This document shows positions 24,601 through 38,724 of a stretch of 64,000 nucleotides of DNA, one piece after another (the first letter of the stretch is position 1; each line of letters begins with the position of its first letter). The position numbers and the translations under genes are program-made. The DNA comes from Sphagnum compactum (lineage: Eukaryota): assembly GCA_965153455.1 (NCBI GenBank), contig OZ234493.1, forward strand, positions 23,488,213 to 23,552,212, in the 5' to 3' direction. The notes below the pieces were generated by a model. That model was not told the origin of the DNA. It ran no database searches and saw only the letters and a list, made by a program, of their open reading frames with translations.

Positions 24601-27600
24601 TGCAAACGTCAACAATTTCCAATTTACATGCCCCCAGTGCACAAGTGTTCATTGACAATGAAGCAGGGAACACCTAATGCACCCATCTCCACAAGCTCCT
24701 TATCTGCATGACATTGAGGAACAATGAAACTTGTGACAATCATAAGTTTCAAGACACCTTGAAGCCACCGACAGTGAAACAACTCTAAAAGTGCGAAAGC
24801 AGACAAATGTTTATGATCACTTCACTTAGAAAAGAACATGGGTAAACACAGGGTGTAGTGTACATATTTACTACATCATTAATAGCAAATTTGAGGCTAC
24901 CATAATCCAAATATGATGCTTGTCCTTTGGTTACCATGGTACATCCATCCAATGGCCTTGCCTTAAACTCTAAACCCTTTAGCTAATCATGTCAACCAAC
25001 ACAACAAGTAATGAATGTAGCTCTAATGCATTCATAAGTTGTGAACAAAATTGTGTGACAGTTTCAAGATCATAGCAAAACTTCCAAGTTCAAAGCACAA
25101 TTTGGTTTCAATACCATAGTTTTCTCACAAAATTATATGTTGGAAACTTGAAGCACAAGATCCCACCTCATCTACTCAATCTTTTAGTATTAAATTTATT
25201 ATTGACTCTGCCAACTAAGTCCACCACATACACAATGATGAGTTCAACATCTGTTTCCAAGGTTGAAAGGGGGTGAATGAAGGCAAAATAACCAAATAAT
25301 TAAATAAACAAACAAAATCATCTACAATTGAAGTTGTAAAGGCCTTAAAACAATATTACCATCCATAGTAGAATAGCCCTCGTGCACATCACCACCTTGC
25401 AATTTCATAGGAAGCCATGTATTTATAGGGACATGTGATGTAAAACACAAATTCCAATTCCTTTGGCTCACCCATATCTGTCTATCAGTCTACACCCCCA
25501 TCTATCTTTCTCAAAGCTTTCATATTCCCCCCCCTCCCCATATTGCAATCCATGCTTTCCAAACTTGACCTATGTGTAGGTTACTTAGCATGTTCCACAA
25601 CTCAGTTGCCAAACCACCTTTGTACCTTGCCTCTTTTCCTAGATCTTTTGTATGTTGATACCAAGCTTTTAGGCTTGCTATTAGTAACTTTTTTAGTTGA
25701 ATCTCATGTTGCTGTTGGTGTTGCCTAAAAGATGAATTATGGTCCCTAGCAATAAGAACCTAAATCCTCAACATGCTCCCCTCGTCTGAGTATTTCCTCC
25801 ACTAGGTTAATGCTGGAATGAAAATGCTTGCTTGAAGCACAAAGCTAATGGAAACAACAAGTGCTTAAGTTGGCATGTGCTTGGCAAATGTATTGGGAAG
25901 GATAGAAAGCAGTACATCATGTGATCTTAATGGGCTATATAACTAATTTGAAGATAGGCTTAGAACAAAAAAAATCAGGGATTCATGCAAACTTGGGTAT
26001 CATAAACAAGCAACATAAAAAATAATTCATGTAACATGCTACAAACATGTAAAGTTAAGATTATAACCTTGACTGGCATATTACATCAATGATGTGAACA
26101 ATTGTCATAGAAAAAAACATTAATTGATCAAATTGTAAAGCATAATTAATGTCCTCAAGAAGTGAGTGCAAGTTTACCATCATGATGTATGGCAAAGTGC
26201 AATAAAACATTGCCAACCAAAAAGAACTTTTTTCCTTCACACCAAACATCACATACTTCAATTTGATAAAACAGTGAATGGATGTTCCTTCTATTTGAGT
26301 CTCTTACAATATCAGTTAATTTTCAACCATATTTGTGTCAATTAGCTGTGTCTCAGCCATCTCCCACCACTTGTATTCCATGTGGGTTGTTCCAAATTGC
26401 AGAGGTTGAGTGAAAACTATGTCCTGTGTATGGAGTAGTTGAATGTCACCTAGGCATGTGGCCAAAAAATCTTCTATGTGAACATTATCTATGTTAAGCA
26501 TATTTGTTGTGTTCACTGCCATATCCAATGCCACTTGTGTAGTGCCAAACACAATTGATGTTGACTTTCAGTGTGTAGCACGTGTAGCGAGCGTGTTGCC
26601 CATTAGTTCTTGTAATGGATGTCTAAATTGTTCTACCATTGGTAGGCATTGTTTACCCAATGAATAAGTGGTTGAATGATCATGCATAGCAGGGCCAAGC
26701 ATGCTTATCGATTTCTCATCACTAGTCGAATTTTGTTTGGTTGTTGTGTCATGGGGCCTATGGTTGGACATGATCCACTCAAACTCATTTGTAGGCAATG
26801 TAGCCATTGAAGGATATAAGAGCTTTTCCATCTCTGCAATTATCTCCTCCCGTGGACATCGACTTCCAAGTTTTGTAGGTTGTGTGGGCAAAATATTCGG
26901 CTCATGTAGAACTTGGAACTGACACACCTCCTTCAGCTCAACACACACAAAAATTAGTTTCCCTTCAAGTTTTGCCACACGTGCTTCTAATGGAGACACA
27001 CCCACCTTTTTTTGCATTCCTTGCATGGTGGAACATTTCCTGCATGATGAAAAAAACAACAAAATTGATACTCCTCAAGTGATAAACATGGAATCTTGCC
27101 CCAATATCACATTTTCAATAAACTATCTAGAACAAGTAGTGTTTCATCATTTAAATCCATCCACATGCAAGATTTCACCATGGACCTTTGACTAGCATAT
27201 CATGTAAACCAAACCAGTGTATGTGCATGATATAGCTCGTAACAAGCCAAGGTTACATGTCTTCAACTTTATGTACCAAGTTCAGCAATTCAAATGTTGT
27301 TTACAATTGCAAAACACTTCTCTACTTCATTTGCAATACAACTACCTGCAAGGCCAAACCATGTTTTGCACCAAAAGTTCACAAATTGCAATGGTCTTTT
27401 AGTATGCATCAACTAAAGCAGAGAGAGAGATATACATAGTTACAAAGAAACCTTACATGAAATAAAGTGGGACTCCAAGATATGAATAAATCCCGCAAGT
27501 ATCACAAGTTACAAAATCACAATGGGACTTTTCAAAAGCCAATTTACCATTTTTGCTTAAACGCTTTTGGGACAATTGGTTCAAACTCAATGGCTTTGTT

Positions 27601-30028
27601 TTCATTTGCAAATTCATCTATCCACACCACACCCATTTGTCCCCTACTGGCAATTAATGAAAACTTCATAAACAAAAGATAATACATAAATTTGTGTGGT
27701 TATTTGGTGTCTTTATTATAACAACTATCTACAATTTTTATATGCAAGACCAACCTCTCAATCAAGTTAAGGTTTTGCAGTGTCTCCTTCCATAGTAGTA
27801 CTAATTATTATTGAGAAGGCAAGTGGGTTACCGACACACAATTGCAGGAAAACTACACTGTAGACTTTGATAGCTTTTTAAATTGCAAAACACCAGACAT
27901 GGGATTTTGCTGAGTTCATTTAGTGATCCTTCCTAATTATATTTTTAATTGGAATGATGCCTTTTTATGCTAGCTCTTCAATCTGGCTAATTGATATTTT
28001 TCCTTCCAATTAATGAGTGCTGCCATATTTAGTCTATGAATGTCATTCACTGCAAAGAATGATCAGACCATTGGCTTCATCATGAATAACAATACTTCAT
28101 CATTGATTCTCCAACTCCTTCATCAGCTCCTAATAGCGAGTGTAGTTAGGTTTATCTTAATCTCCCCACAATTCGAAGCAATTCGAAGCAAGTTATTTGA
28201 CAAGGATCTATATCCTAAATTTCTTTCACATTTCTGGAACTAATGGCAAAAAAGGGTAGTAGTGGAACATATGTGGAAGAGTACCTTTGACTAAACTCTT
28301 AGATTTTGCCCCCTTGATTGCGGAGTAGAATTCAGTACTGACCTTTTCCAGCTTGAAGTCAACTGCAAAAGATGACAATCTTCCTTGCTGCCAAACCAAA
28401 ACCCTTGACTTTCATGTTCAAAATTGCAACCCATATACATCCTGATCATGGTGCTAAGTCAATCTCTTCTGTGTTGTAACTCTTGCAAACCAGAAAATGT
28501 CCACCAAAGGAATATACATAACCCATTGAGAAATTGGACAAGTAGTTCCATGGCAAGAACTAAGATTGGATGTGTTACCTTTGCTTCACTAACACCATCC
28601 ACTGCCCATATTTGAAGTGTTGGCCCTGCTTTCAAAATCTGTTGCATACCCAATTTTTCGTTAGTTGACACCGAATTACACATATTGCAAATCCATCATC
28701 AACAATGACACACTTGACAAACTTTTCCCCAAAAAAGGTCTTTTAGAGGATAATAAGATTGTATCAAAGATCATCATATTTTTCATCATGCATGGTAGTG
28801 ATTAACTATAAATGTAACTTCATTTTCAAGCATAGAAAAATAACTGTAGGGTCTATTTCAGATGAGTTAGATGCTTCTAACAGTCTTCAAGCATGAGCTT
28901 AAGCACAACCTAGTGGATACATTTGGAGCAGGAAAATGGAAACCCTCCATGGGTGGACTGAATGTGGAAGTTTGGAACAACAATCGAACTTGTGAATGGT
29001 GTAAGTAGCATCATTGGAAAGGCTCTAGTTTGTTTCCGACTTCATTTGAAGAAGTTGCAATGGCATGATAGAAGTCCACAAATGTGCGTCAAATTCTACA
29101 TCCACTCTTGCAAATACAGGCATTCGACTCCCAAATGCAGGAAGCACATCTGCAGAAGAAATTTTAACGAGGGTCCTTCCTATGGGCAAAATTGCAAGGC
29201 CGGTGTAGAAGTCTGTGATCAGAGTTAAATGATGTGCTTCTGCTGCCATGTTTTAGCTCCACTTTGACTTTAGAAAAAATATTTTGGTCTTGGTAAATGG
29301 TGGGATGAATTTTGTATTGAGAAGGTTCTAAAGGTGGCTCACAGTACAACAAATGGCCGATAGCTGCAAAACCCTACCAAGTACTGAATCATCTATGAGA
29401 AATGTTGGATTTGACCCACCAAAACATGTTTTCGGCAAAGAGTTTTAAATTGCAAAACTCTTCAGTAGTGCAGCAACTAAAGCACAGAAAGAAAGAGAGT
29501 TCCAAGGGTACCTTACATGACAAATTTGGGCTTCCAAGGTGGACCGTTATACAAAGAGTTGCATGTTACATAATCAAAAGAGAGCTACAAACTAGAACTT
29601 ACCCTTTTTGCCACTCTGTGATGAGATTTGGTTTGAACTTAGTGGCTTTGTTTGCATTTTGCAACTAAACCTGTCCACCACATCACCAATTTATCCGCCA
29701 CTCTCAGCTTCCGAAAATTTCACTAACAAATAGAAAATATAAGTTCGATTCACAACTTAACTTTGGTTGACAGGGTAGACTTTCCATACAACAGTGTTTA
29801 TGCCATACCTTCTTCCACAGGTCCTAATTGTTGCAGAGAAATGGGGCAGGTCAATTTCAAACAATCAGATGCAAAACATGAAGAGAAAGAAAGATGAGGA
29901 TTCCGGTTAATTTTCTTGCATCATAAGAGGCCACAACCCTTGCACGAAGGTTTAAGAAATTCCACTTGGGGAAGGAGGAAAGTCCTACAACTTCCACGCG
30001 GCTGAGCAAGATATCACATTTGGGTTCA

Positions 30029-30529
30029 TAGCCTTTTTTTACTGGCGAGATTCCGCCAGAAAGGAAAAAAATGAAATTTAAAATTTGAACTTTGAGTTAC
30101 TTTGAAGGTTGTCAATCACCAAAAGTGAGGAAAAATACAAAAAAATTCCATATTTTTACACTCGGTTATCAGTGGGTAGCCATAAATATAAAGTGTTGCT
30201 TAAATGTGTTTACTTAATATTTGTGCATATGTGATTGACACAGACACAACATTTGGTTCCAGGTATTTTTAAAAAATTCAAAAATGAAGTGATCTTGGAG
30301 TATTCTAATCACCAAAAGTGCAAGAAAAAAAAGTAAAATTTGCTAGATTTCTATGGTCGGTTTTCAGTGTGTAGCCAAAACTATACAAGATGATTAAAAT
30401 TTTGTACTTCATATCTGGTTATATAGCTAGATTTGGCTACATCTCCATGGGGATGATAGCCATTTTTTCTACATTGTCCTATGGACTATAGCCACTTTGG
30501 CTCCAAACAAAAATTCCTAAAAAACACTG
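30029..30529. mobile_element. MITE-like repeat with ...aaaacactg terminus (internal duplication; related copy at 30805-31015)
   Basis: Starts ttttttactggcgaga and ends cctaaaaaacactg. The segment aatcaccaaaagtg...tagcca is duplicated internally. Confidence 0.5.
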
Positions 30530-31384
30530 TTTGGTTTACATCATCCTATGGAGGATCACCACTTAGGCTAAAAAATCAAAATCCACTTGAACAACACCAT
30601 TCCCAATTGGTTCACTGAAAACCCATGTTGAATAAAATTTGGTAAACCCACGCCCCCATCTTTTTATTGGAGGGAGCACAAGAAAATGTGACATAAAGTC
30701 ACTGACAACATAGAGGACCCCTATCATGAACGATCTAGAGTCTAGCCATGTACATGGGGGCCGGGACAAAGTTGTACAAAATTCATAAATTGTCTTATTC
30801 ATCGATATTTGACTGGCGAAATTTTGCCAAAAACTTTTCTACTTGGTTTATAACTTTTAGCCATAAATATAGAATGCTCTTAAAATATTCCTACATAATA
30901 TATGGTTTATAGCCAGATTTGGCTATAACTTTTAGCATATGATTATCAATTTTTTGACTTCATCCTACAAATGATAACCACTTAGGTTACAAAATTAAAT
31001 AAATAAATAAAACCTTATTCCTATTGTTGTACATTGTGTTGATTATCTTTGTGCACTTGGCACCTATTTTACTTATAGAAAACCTATGCAAATGATTATA
31101 AAATCCCTAGCAGATTGTCCCAATAATGTGGATTCCAAGCAAAGCATTCCAGCACCCCACAACAACAATTGTCAATACGTAGGTGGTTTAGGGTGTTTCC
31201 ATGAATAGCAAAATCCACTACCCTACTACCTTGGCAGCTTTCACATATATATATTATTTTCAGGAATGTTGAAATTTTCAAAAACTATTTTTTTTCCCAA
31301 CAAAAACATTTGTGAAAAACATCTTCAAGAAGAAACTATTTGTCAAAATGAGAATTTCAAATTGATTAGTCAACAAACATGTGT

Positions 31385-33450
31385 TGAAGCTGCCAAGGCA
31401 TTTCCTTTTGGCGAAAGGGGGGCGGGGGGGAGTAGGAAGGATTTTCCATTTTTCCCTTTATTCCCAATGTGTTCCCCTATGTTTCATAAAGTTGGCAGTG
31501 AAACCCTGTTAGGTTCCCAATATGTTCCCCACCAAGTTCCCAATAACACATCACTTTTATCCCATATGATGTGACAAATGGTCCCCTTTTATATGAGTGG
31601 GCCTCAGGGGAGCGACTGTATACTTCAAAATAGAACCTTCTATTTTGGGGAGCCACCATAGTTTAACTTATTTATGGTGATTGGTGAATCAAATTGGCCC
31701 ATTGCCAAAAAACAAAATTGACATTGGGAGGCACCCCCATCAAATGAACACAATCCACATTATGTACACTACTTTGTTTGCATAGTTTGCATAGAACAGC
31801 CTATGCCAAATACGTTGATCAACAATTTTCAACCTAAATATTATTTGCCACTATGAGAAGGCAAAGCATGTACTTTTTCCTTTTGGGTTGGGGAAGTTGG
31901 GGGAAGGATTTTTCATTTTCCCCTTTGTTCCCAATGTGTTCCCATTGAGTTCTCACCATGTTCCCAAGTTCTTGATGTACTCTGGAACACATTCTGAATA
32001 TCACCTCACTTTAATGTCATATGCTTCAGCAAGTGTTGTCCTCCTTTCACCTATAGGTGGGCCAAAGGAAAGGAACTCCAGATAAATAGAACCTTGTATT
32101 TTGGGGAGCCTCCATAGTTTTAGTTATTTTTAGTGATGGGCCAATCAAATTATCTCATTGCAAAAAACTAAAATAAAATCTTGGGAGGTACCCCATGTAG
32201 GTAATGCAAATCATTGTATACCCCACTATGTAGTAAGGTGTGATTAGGAATGCCTATTACTTGAGGCCAAAATAAGTGATAGCCAGTTTTAGAAATAGAA
32301 TTTGCATGGAGCCAATTAGAAGGCACATCGCACATTAAAAGGCCACCAATTTTTTTTCTTTTTCTATTGGTGGGGGTGGGGGGGGGGGGGGGGGGATTTT
32401 TCATTTTTTCCTTTGTCCCCATTGTGTTTTCATCAAGTTCTTAAATATGTTCCAAAAATTCCCAATGTGTTCCCCAACACATTCCCAAAAGCACTTCACT
32501 TTTATCCCATATGCTTTGGCAAATGTTGTCCTGCTTTCACCTATACTAGTGTGGCCTGCGCCATTGGCCAAAGTGTTCCCATGTCCTCAACGGGTTTTTC
32601 CTTCCAAAACCTAGTTTTTTGGAATTTATTTAAATTTTCAATTGTAAAAATCACTGAAAAATCAATATCTCCCATATTCTAAATCCGAATATTACCAAAT
32701 GAATTCCATTAAATCCTCCTCATCAAGATCTTTCCAACAACACCAAATGCACATTCCAATTCCTCCAAAAATTTCAGCTATGATTTAATTTAACTTTCAG
32801 TGAAGAAATCATTCAATATTCATGGGCTTTTGCACCACAAGTTCAAACATCATGGAACCAAGCCCATGCAACCCCTCTTCCTCCAGAGCTTTCCAAAGAC
32901 ACCAAGAACATGATCCGAAGCATCCCAGTGGATCTCATAACTACAAAACAAAAAAAACTACATTCCTTCATAGATAAATAGGTCAGCCAAAGGGGAGGAA
33001 CTCCATACATAAAAAAAAGAACCTTCTATGTTGAGGAGTTTCCAAAGTTTCAGTTTTTTTAGACTGATGGGCCAATCAAATTGGCTCATTTCAAAAAAAA
33101 ATTGAACTTCGGAGGCAGCTCATCTAATTAATAGGAAAGGTGAAAAGGTAGGGTGAATAATACATCATGAAAATGCTATTAGTTAAATAAGTACCCATAG
33201 CCATAGGAAATGTATTTCACAATGTGGGTTGTAAGTAGGACTTGAAAAGTGAGAATAAAAGACAAAAAGAAAAGACAAACCACCCCCTCCCCAACCAACC
33301 CCACTTCTCCCCAGGGAAACTAAACCTTCTTATGTGTAATTTTAGCCTACTCCTTGGCAGCATGAAAATTCTAATCTTAAAATTGGTTGTCACCATTTTC
33401 AACCTTATCGAATTTAAGTACCCCTTATGTAAAACACCCCATACTTATTC
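31385..33450. repeat. Cluster of dispersed repeat copies (family of 8860-9275) with nested insertions
   Basis: Three successive copies carry ttcccaatgtgttccc, agaaccttctattttggggagc and ccaatcaaattgg. Confidence 0.7.
32546..32974 (-). mobile_element. Short non-autonomous Helitron (429 bp)
   Basis: On the minus strand it starts TC(tatgaaggaa) and ends ggccaatggcgcaggccacaCTAG with a GC hairpin. It is inserted exactly between A and T with no TSD, splitting the host repeat ttcacctata|...ggtcagccaaagggg. Confidence 0.85.
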
Positions 33451-34439
33451 ATTGTTTGCAATCAAACATGTTAAGAGAAGTGGGTGTTTGTCATGGGATT
33501 TAAGGGTTTACACCCCCATGTGTAATGGCTCTACTGATTTCATTTGCGCCCCCCGCTTTCATTCACACTTGGACAAGCATTAAAAGTTCAAATGGAAATA
33601 TAGACCAAGTTGTGGAAGATCAATCCTTTGCAAGATACAGATCACATGCTGAAGTAGGTCGGCACATTTTTTATAAGATTTTGCACGTGAATGTGCAAAG
33701 AGGCCCTTAGGGTATTATCATTGATGTGTTACATATTGAAAGTAGTATCAAATTTAGTTTTCCTCAGTGCTCCATATCTAGCAGGAATATGTTAAATTGG
33801 CCAAGTTATGAATCAGAGAACAAGCTCTATTACAGAAGCTGGTGAGATGTGCCGCGCAATGAGAAGAACCAAAGTACTAATGTGCAAACCATCCTAAAGG
33901 CCAAACAATTAGGCAAAATCAATGGCATACATGGTCGACTCAAGGATGTAGAAGCAATTGATGGTAAGAGGATGCCACCTAGTGTTTTGCAATTGACATA
34001 TGAGGATTGGTGATCCTATTCAATGTAGAAAGAGTTTCAAAAGCTACATGTTAAATACATTATGTAAGAATTGGTGCAAATTCCTTTGTATTCTATAGCA
34101 GAATATGATATTGCAATTCCTATTTGCAAATGAGTAGTTGTTTAGCTACATCACTTTAGGATGTTAGTTGCAGTTAATATTGCCATCCATACCATATATG
34201 TTTGGAGCTATGAAATGATGACAATGGAAAGTTGCACATTGTCACAATCTGCAACTTAAAGTTAGGTGCAAGTTATTCACTTGATTGTGGAATCTATAAC
34301 CGCATGAGTACTAACAAACAAATTGTTTGTGGCAGGAATGCAACTATAGAATCTGAGTTACAATGTACTAGGCTTGGATTACACAAAACAGACACTTCTT
34401 GGGAGATTGTGGTGTGCAGCATAGATAAATTGTGGCTTG

Positions 34440-37400
34440 CATGAAAGGGTGGCCTTTAGTATGGGCCAACTTGATGAGCCAGAAAGGCAGCAACAACGGG
34501 ATGATAGTTTGTGGAGTCGAGAACTAGCATGGGCCCATAAACATGGCATTACACAGATGAAGTGTCCTTGTAATAGTTGTGCGGGGAGGGGCAAACCAAT
34601 CACATTTTAAAAAAGTTCGAGCACATTTAATCCATCACAAGGGACATCCACTATTTAGGGTATGGAAAGGCCGGGGTCCTATTTCTAAATCTGATGAAGA
34701 GTGGGGAGAAGTAAGGGCCCGGGTCCTGTTTCTAAATCTGATGAAGAGTAGGCAGAAGTAAGTAGGGGCCCAGTGGGAAAACTAACATGACAAGAGGTTG
34801 ATCAGGGTGTTGAGGTGGAAGAATTATTGGATGACCTTGGGCTGGATGCAATTAAAGGCCCAACCAACCAAATGGAAAAGGTATGCTTGGAGTGAGCATG
34901 GTGCAAGAAGTTTGTGACATCATGGATGATCTTGCAGCTGTGCCAAACAACATGGAGGGGCACCAGGAACCTAATGAACCTGAGCCACATCAAGGAATGG
35001 AGAATCTTGTTGCAGAAACCTTTGAAGAGTTTGTAGCAGATGGAGTTAACAACATGGATGCAGAGATAAATGCCTTAAAAGAAACATGCCAGCCTTTGTA
35101 CCTTGGAACTCGGTCAACAATGCTAGTAGCCACAATGTTATTGTTGAATATCACTATGGTGCATGGTGTTTCTAATAAGTTTGTTGATGAGTTACTCTCA
35201 TTACTGAACAAACACATACTGCCCAAAGGTAACTGCTTGCCGGCATCCATGTACAAACCCTAACTAGCAAGGTAGGCTTAAATTATCAAAACATTGATGC
35301 TTGCACAAATGGTTACGTGTTGTTTCAAAAAACATATGCAAATATGGATTCATGGCCAAAATGTGGGTCAGCTGGTTTTAAAAGCATATGGGAAGTCTCA
35401 TGTAGCAATGAAAGTAGTCTGTCATTTCTCTTTGTCAAATCGGCTATTGTGCATGTATTGAACACTGACAACAGCTAAATCAATGACTTGGCGTAGTAGA
35501 AATAGGAGCGTGGATGGGAAATGTCGGCATGTGCCTGATAGTAAGGCTTGGTTACATGTTGATACTAAATGGCCATAATTTGCCTCAGATCCACGAAATG
35601 TCTAGGTTTAGCTATAGATGGAGTTAATCCGTTTGGAGAAAAAAATAATGTTTGGTCAACTTGGCTGGTATTATTCTTGATCTACAACCTCCCACCATGG
35701 TTAGTGACCAAGAGATTTTTTTAATTGTTGTCACTCATAATACCTGGCCCAGAAAGTGTGAAGATGGTTAACTTTGATGTCTTTTGGCCCCTATCCTAGA
35801 AGAGCTATAGGAACTTTGGAAGAGGGTGGCAAGGGTGGATATAATGCAGCCTGCAGGGAAACGGGCCTTTACATTGAAGGCAATTCTATTGTGGACAATC
35901 CATGACTTTCCTGGTTATGGGATTGTTTCTGGGTGTCAACACCAAGGGTACAGGGCATGCCCTCCACGTAATATTGTTGCTTGATGGTCAAAAGAATTGG
36001 GGAAAGCTGTATTTGAAGGAAATCGTAGGTGGTCGCGAAGGACCCATCCATATCAGATGCACCCCAATGCCCAACACTGTAATGGAAAGGAGGAGATGCA
36101 AACAAGGCCACATACAATGACAGCCATTGAACAATTGAGATGGGTTAGAAGGACAGAGAATTGGGAGGCAGCAGGAAATTCCTTAGGAGCAAAAAGGTGT
36201 CCTTCACGAACAAATGGCATGAGCCTTTTTGATTTGCCATATTGGGAGGTGAGTTGAACTATATTAATACAACTAGTCAGTTCCAAATTATCTGAAAAAT
36301 GTTGCATACTGCAATTAACCCCTCAAGGGTCAATTACTTATATGACATTGCTATGTAGGGAGGGTCAAACATGTACAAGAGAACATTTGCAAAAAACCTA
36401 CATTGTAATTCCTATGAAGTGAGGAACTTAATGAATCCTTAGGATTTGTTATATACTTGTATATAGTCTAAGAAGTATACAATATATTTTGAACATAGGA
36501 CTATATGGTAGATTTTTTGTTAGTTCTACACCTTGCATCTTTGTGGAACTTGGTTAGCACATGGATTCATCACAACTATCAACATGACCAATTTTCACCT
36601 TCTATCACAAATTTTGGGCATGTTGCATGTCTTATGTGAAATGCAAGTTCAAAATTATCTCAAACTAATATGGATTAGGTCAGATATTGTTTAATAAAAC
36701 AAAATTGGTCCCATGATAAATAAGAGCAGTTTAATATTGCAACTTAAAATGATAAGGATTTGTTTAAAGGGTTTCAAGCATCAAATATAGGTCTGATTTG
36801 AAATTTTGTTGCCTAATTCTTTATTGCCACATGTGTATGCTAAGTAGGTGGGTTTTATACATGCACAAGAGGTTTTACTTCCTGGTTATGGCAAATAGGA
36901 GGCTGGATAATTTGGTTATTGCATCCATTTGCAGCATCTACTAATCAGGCACACACTTGATGTGATGCACATTGAGAAGAATATCTACAAAAATCTAATA
37001 AAATTCATATTCGGGATGAAAGACACAATCAAAGTGCATTGAGATATGGAGGTGTGTGGGATCCGGGAAAATCTATGGCTGAAACCAGACATCATGGACA
37101 AGAAGCTGGGATCCATGAAGAGCCATGATTGGCACATAATGATGCAGCAATTAATGCCCCTAGCATTGAGGGGATTATGGATATGCATATGAGATTGTGC
37201 TTGATGTGGTTTAGTTGAGTATTCTGTCACATCTGTGCGAAGGTATGGGACCCATCAGAGTTGGCTTCATTAAGAGAAGATGTAGCAACCACCTTTAGCT
37301 TATTAAAGTGGGAATTTCTTGGAGCTTTTTTGATATGATGACACATTTGACATTACATGTGGTTGAAGAGCTAGCAATATGTGGACCAGTACATTCAAGG

Positions 37401-38724
37401 TGGATATACCCAATCGAACGAACTACGAAAGTATTCAAACGGTATGTGCGCAATAAAACTAGGCTCGAAGCTTCAATGGCAGAAGGGTACATATTGGATG
37501 AGACAATTGGGTTTGTCACAGAATACATGAGGGAGTTTGTCCATGTTAAACAACGAGTCCGGGATGCAGATTAGGAAGGAGTGTCCAGTGAAGTGTTTGA
37601 AGGTTCTGCTAACAAATTTCTATTGGATGTTGTTGATCGAGAGCATGCACATCAATAAGTGCTCAACAATGTCGCATGCTTGCATCCATGGGCTTGGTAT
37701 TCAACCCAAACCATACAATCACATACCATTAAAGTTTGCCACGTTACTAAAACTTCAACTTAAATGTATGGTTGAAAAATCATGTGCATCATGGGCAGTC
37801 TTTAGAAGGTTTATAATATAATTGTGTGGAAATGTGTAGTAGACATGAGGAGGAATTAGCTCGAATTGCAACCTTACGAGCAAAATTTGAAATAAAATGG
37901 AAGTCAAATGAGGCAACATCAAATAGGCCTATAACATTTCTTGATGAGCTAGGAGAGGTTGAAGGATTTTCAATTTGGGTGAGGAAGGCAGTCCGCCGAC
38001 ATATTGCAAATGGTAGTGCCATAGAGGATAGTGATGTAGTGAACTTCTCAATAAGCCTAGGTTTGAGGCTTGGAGGTATGCTAGGATGAAAGCATAAGGA
38101 AATCATTATAGGATCTAGGGGGATAACCAATATACAATGGCCACCTATGATTCGAGAGTTGCATCTGCTTTCTAGCAACAACAAGATACTCATGAGGGAA
38201 CTACACTTGGCCCCATTCAATATGTGAGAGTACGAAAGGAAATCAGCCTGATGGACTATGGGCCAGTAAGTCAATCAATGGTGTTATTCAAGTGTGAGTG
38301 GGTGGAAAATGGTTGTGATCGATGGGGGAAGGCCAACATACCAACGTGATGAAGACGGCTTTTTCTAGCTAATTTCCATCATTTAAAGGCCAAAGATGAT
38401 GAACCATATGTCTTCCCATCACAGGTCCACCAAATGTTTTGCTTTGAAGAACCTACACAAACATGTTGGAAAGTTGTCCTCCACGCGGAACCTAGGCCTA
38501 GACATGTGGTAAGTGAAAATAGCGAGGAAATTATCATAAGTGAAAACAGCGAGGAAATTATCACCCCTAGTGATAATGTGATTGGCTTGGAAGTTCTTCT
38601 AGTCATCCCATAAGTGCCAAGCAATGTGGCATTAGTAGGTGCCATTGAGTTATTTGGAGCTGATGTTGTTTTAGCTGGGGAGGACCTACAAAGGCCCACT
38701 AAAGATGAAGATGGAGGAATGTAG
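34440..38724 (+). pseudogene. CACTA/En-Spm TnpD-type transposase pseudogene
   Basis: Motifs KCPCNSC...VRAHLI (transposase-associated domain), FASDPRNV..LAIDGVNPFG...STW..YNLPPW, LWTIHDFPGYG, LDVMHIEKN, MKSHDWH, FFDMMTHLTLH..GPVHSRWIYPIER (DUF4218-like) and LFKCEWV / DEPYVFPSQV (DUF4216-like). GT-AG intron at ~36249-36934. Many stops. Confidence 0.92.

Noticed and set aside
28380-28480. Protein kinase remnant (HRRD / VKGFGLA resembling HRD / DFG)
   Set aside because: The motifs are in different frames and no other kinase subdomains are visible.
33450-34440. Left terminus of the large CACTA element
   Set aside because: No CACTA TIR or matching TSD could be found here, so the element's left boundary is undefined.
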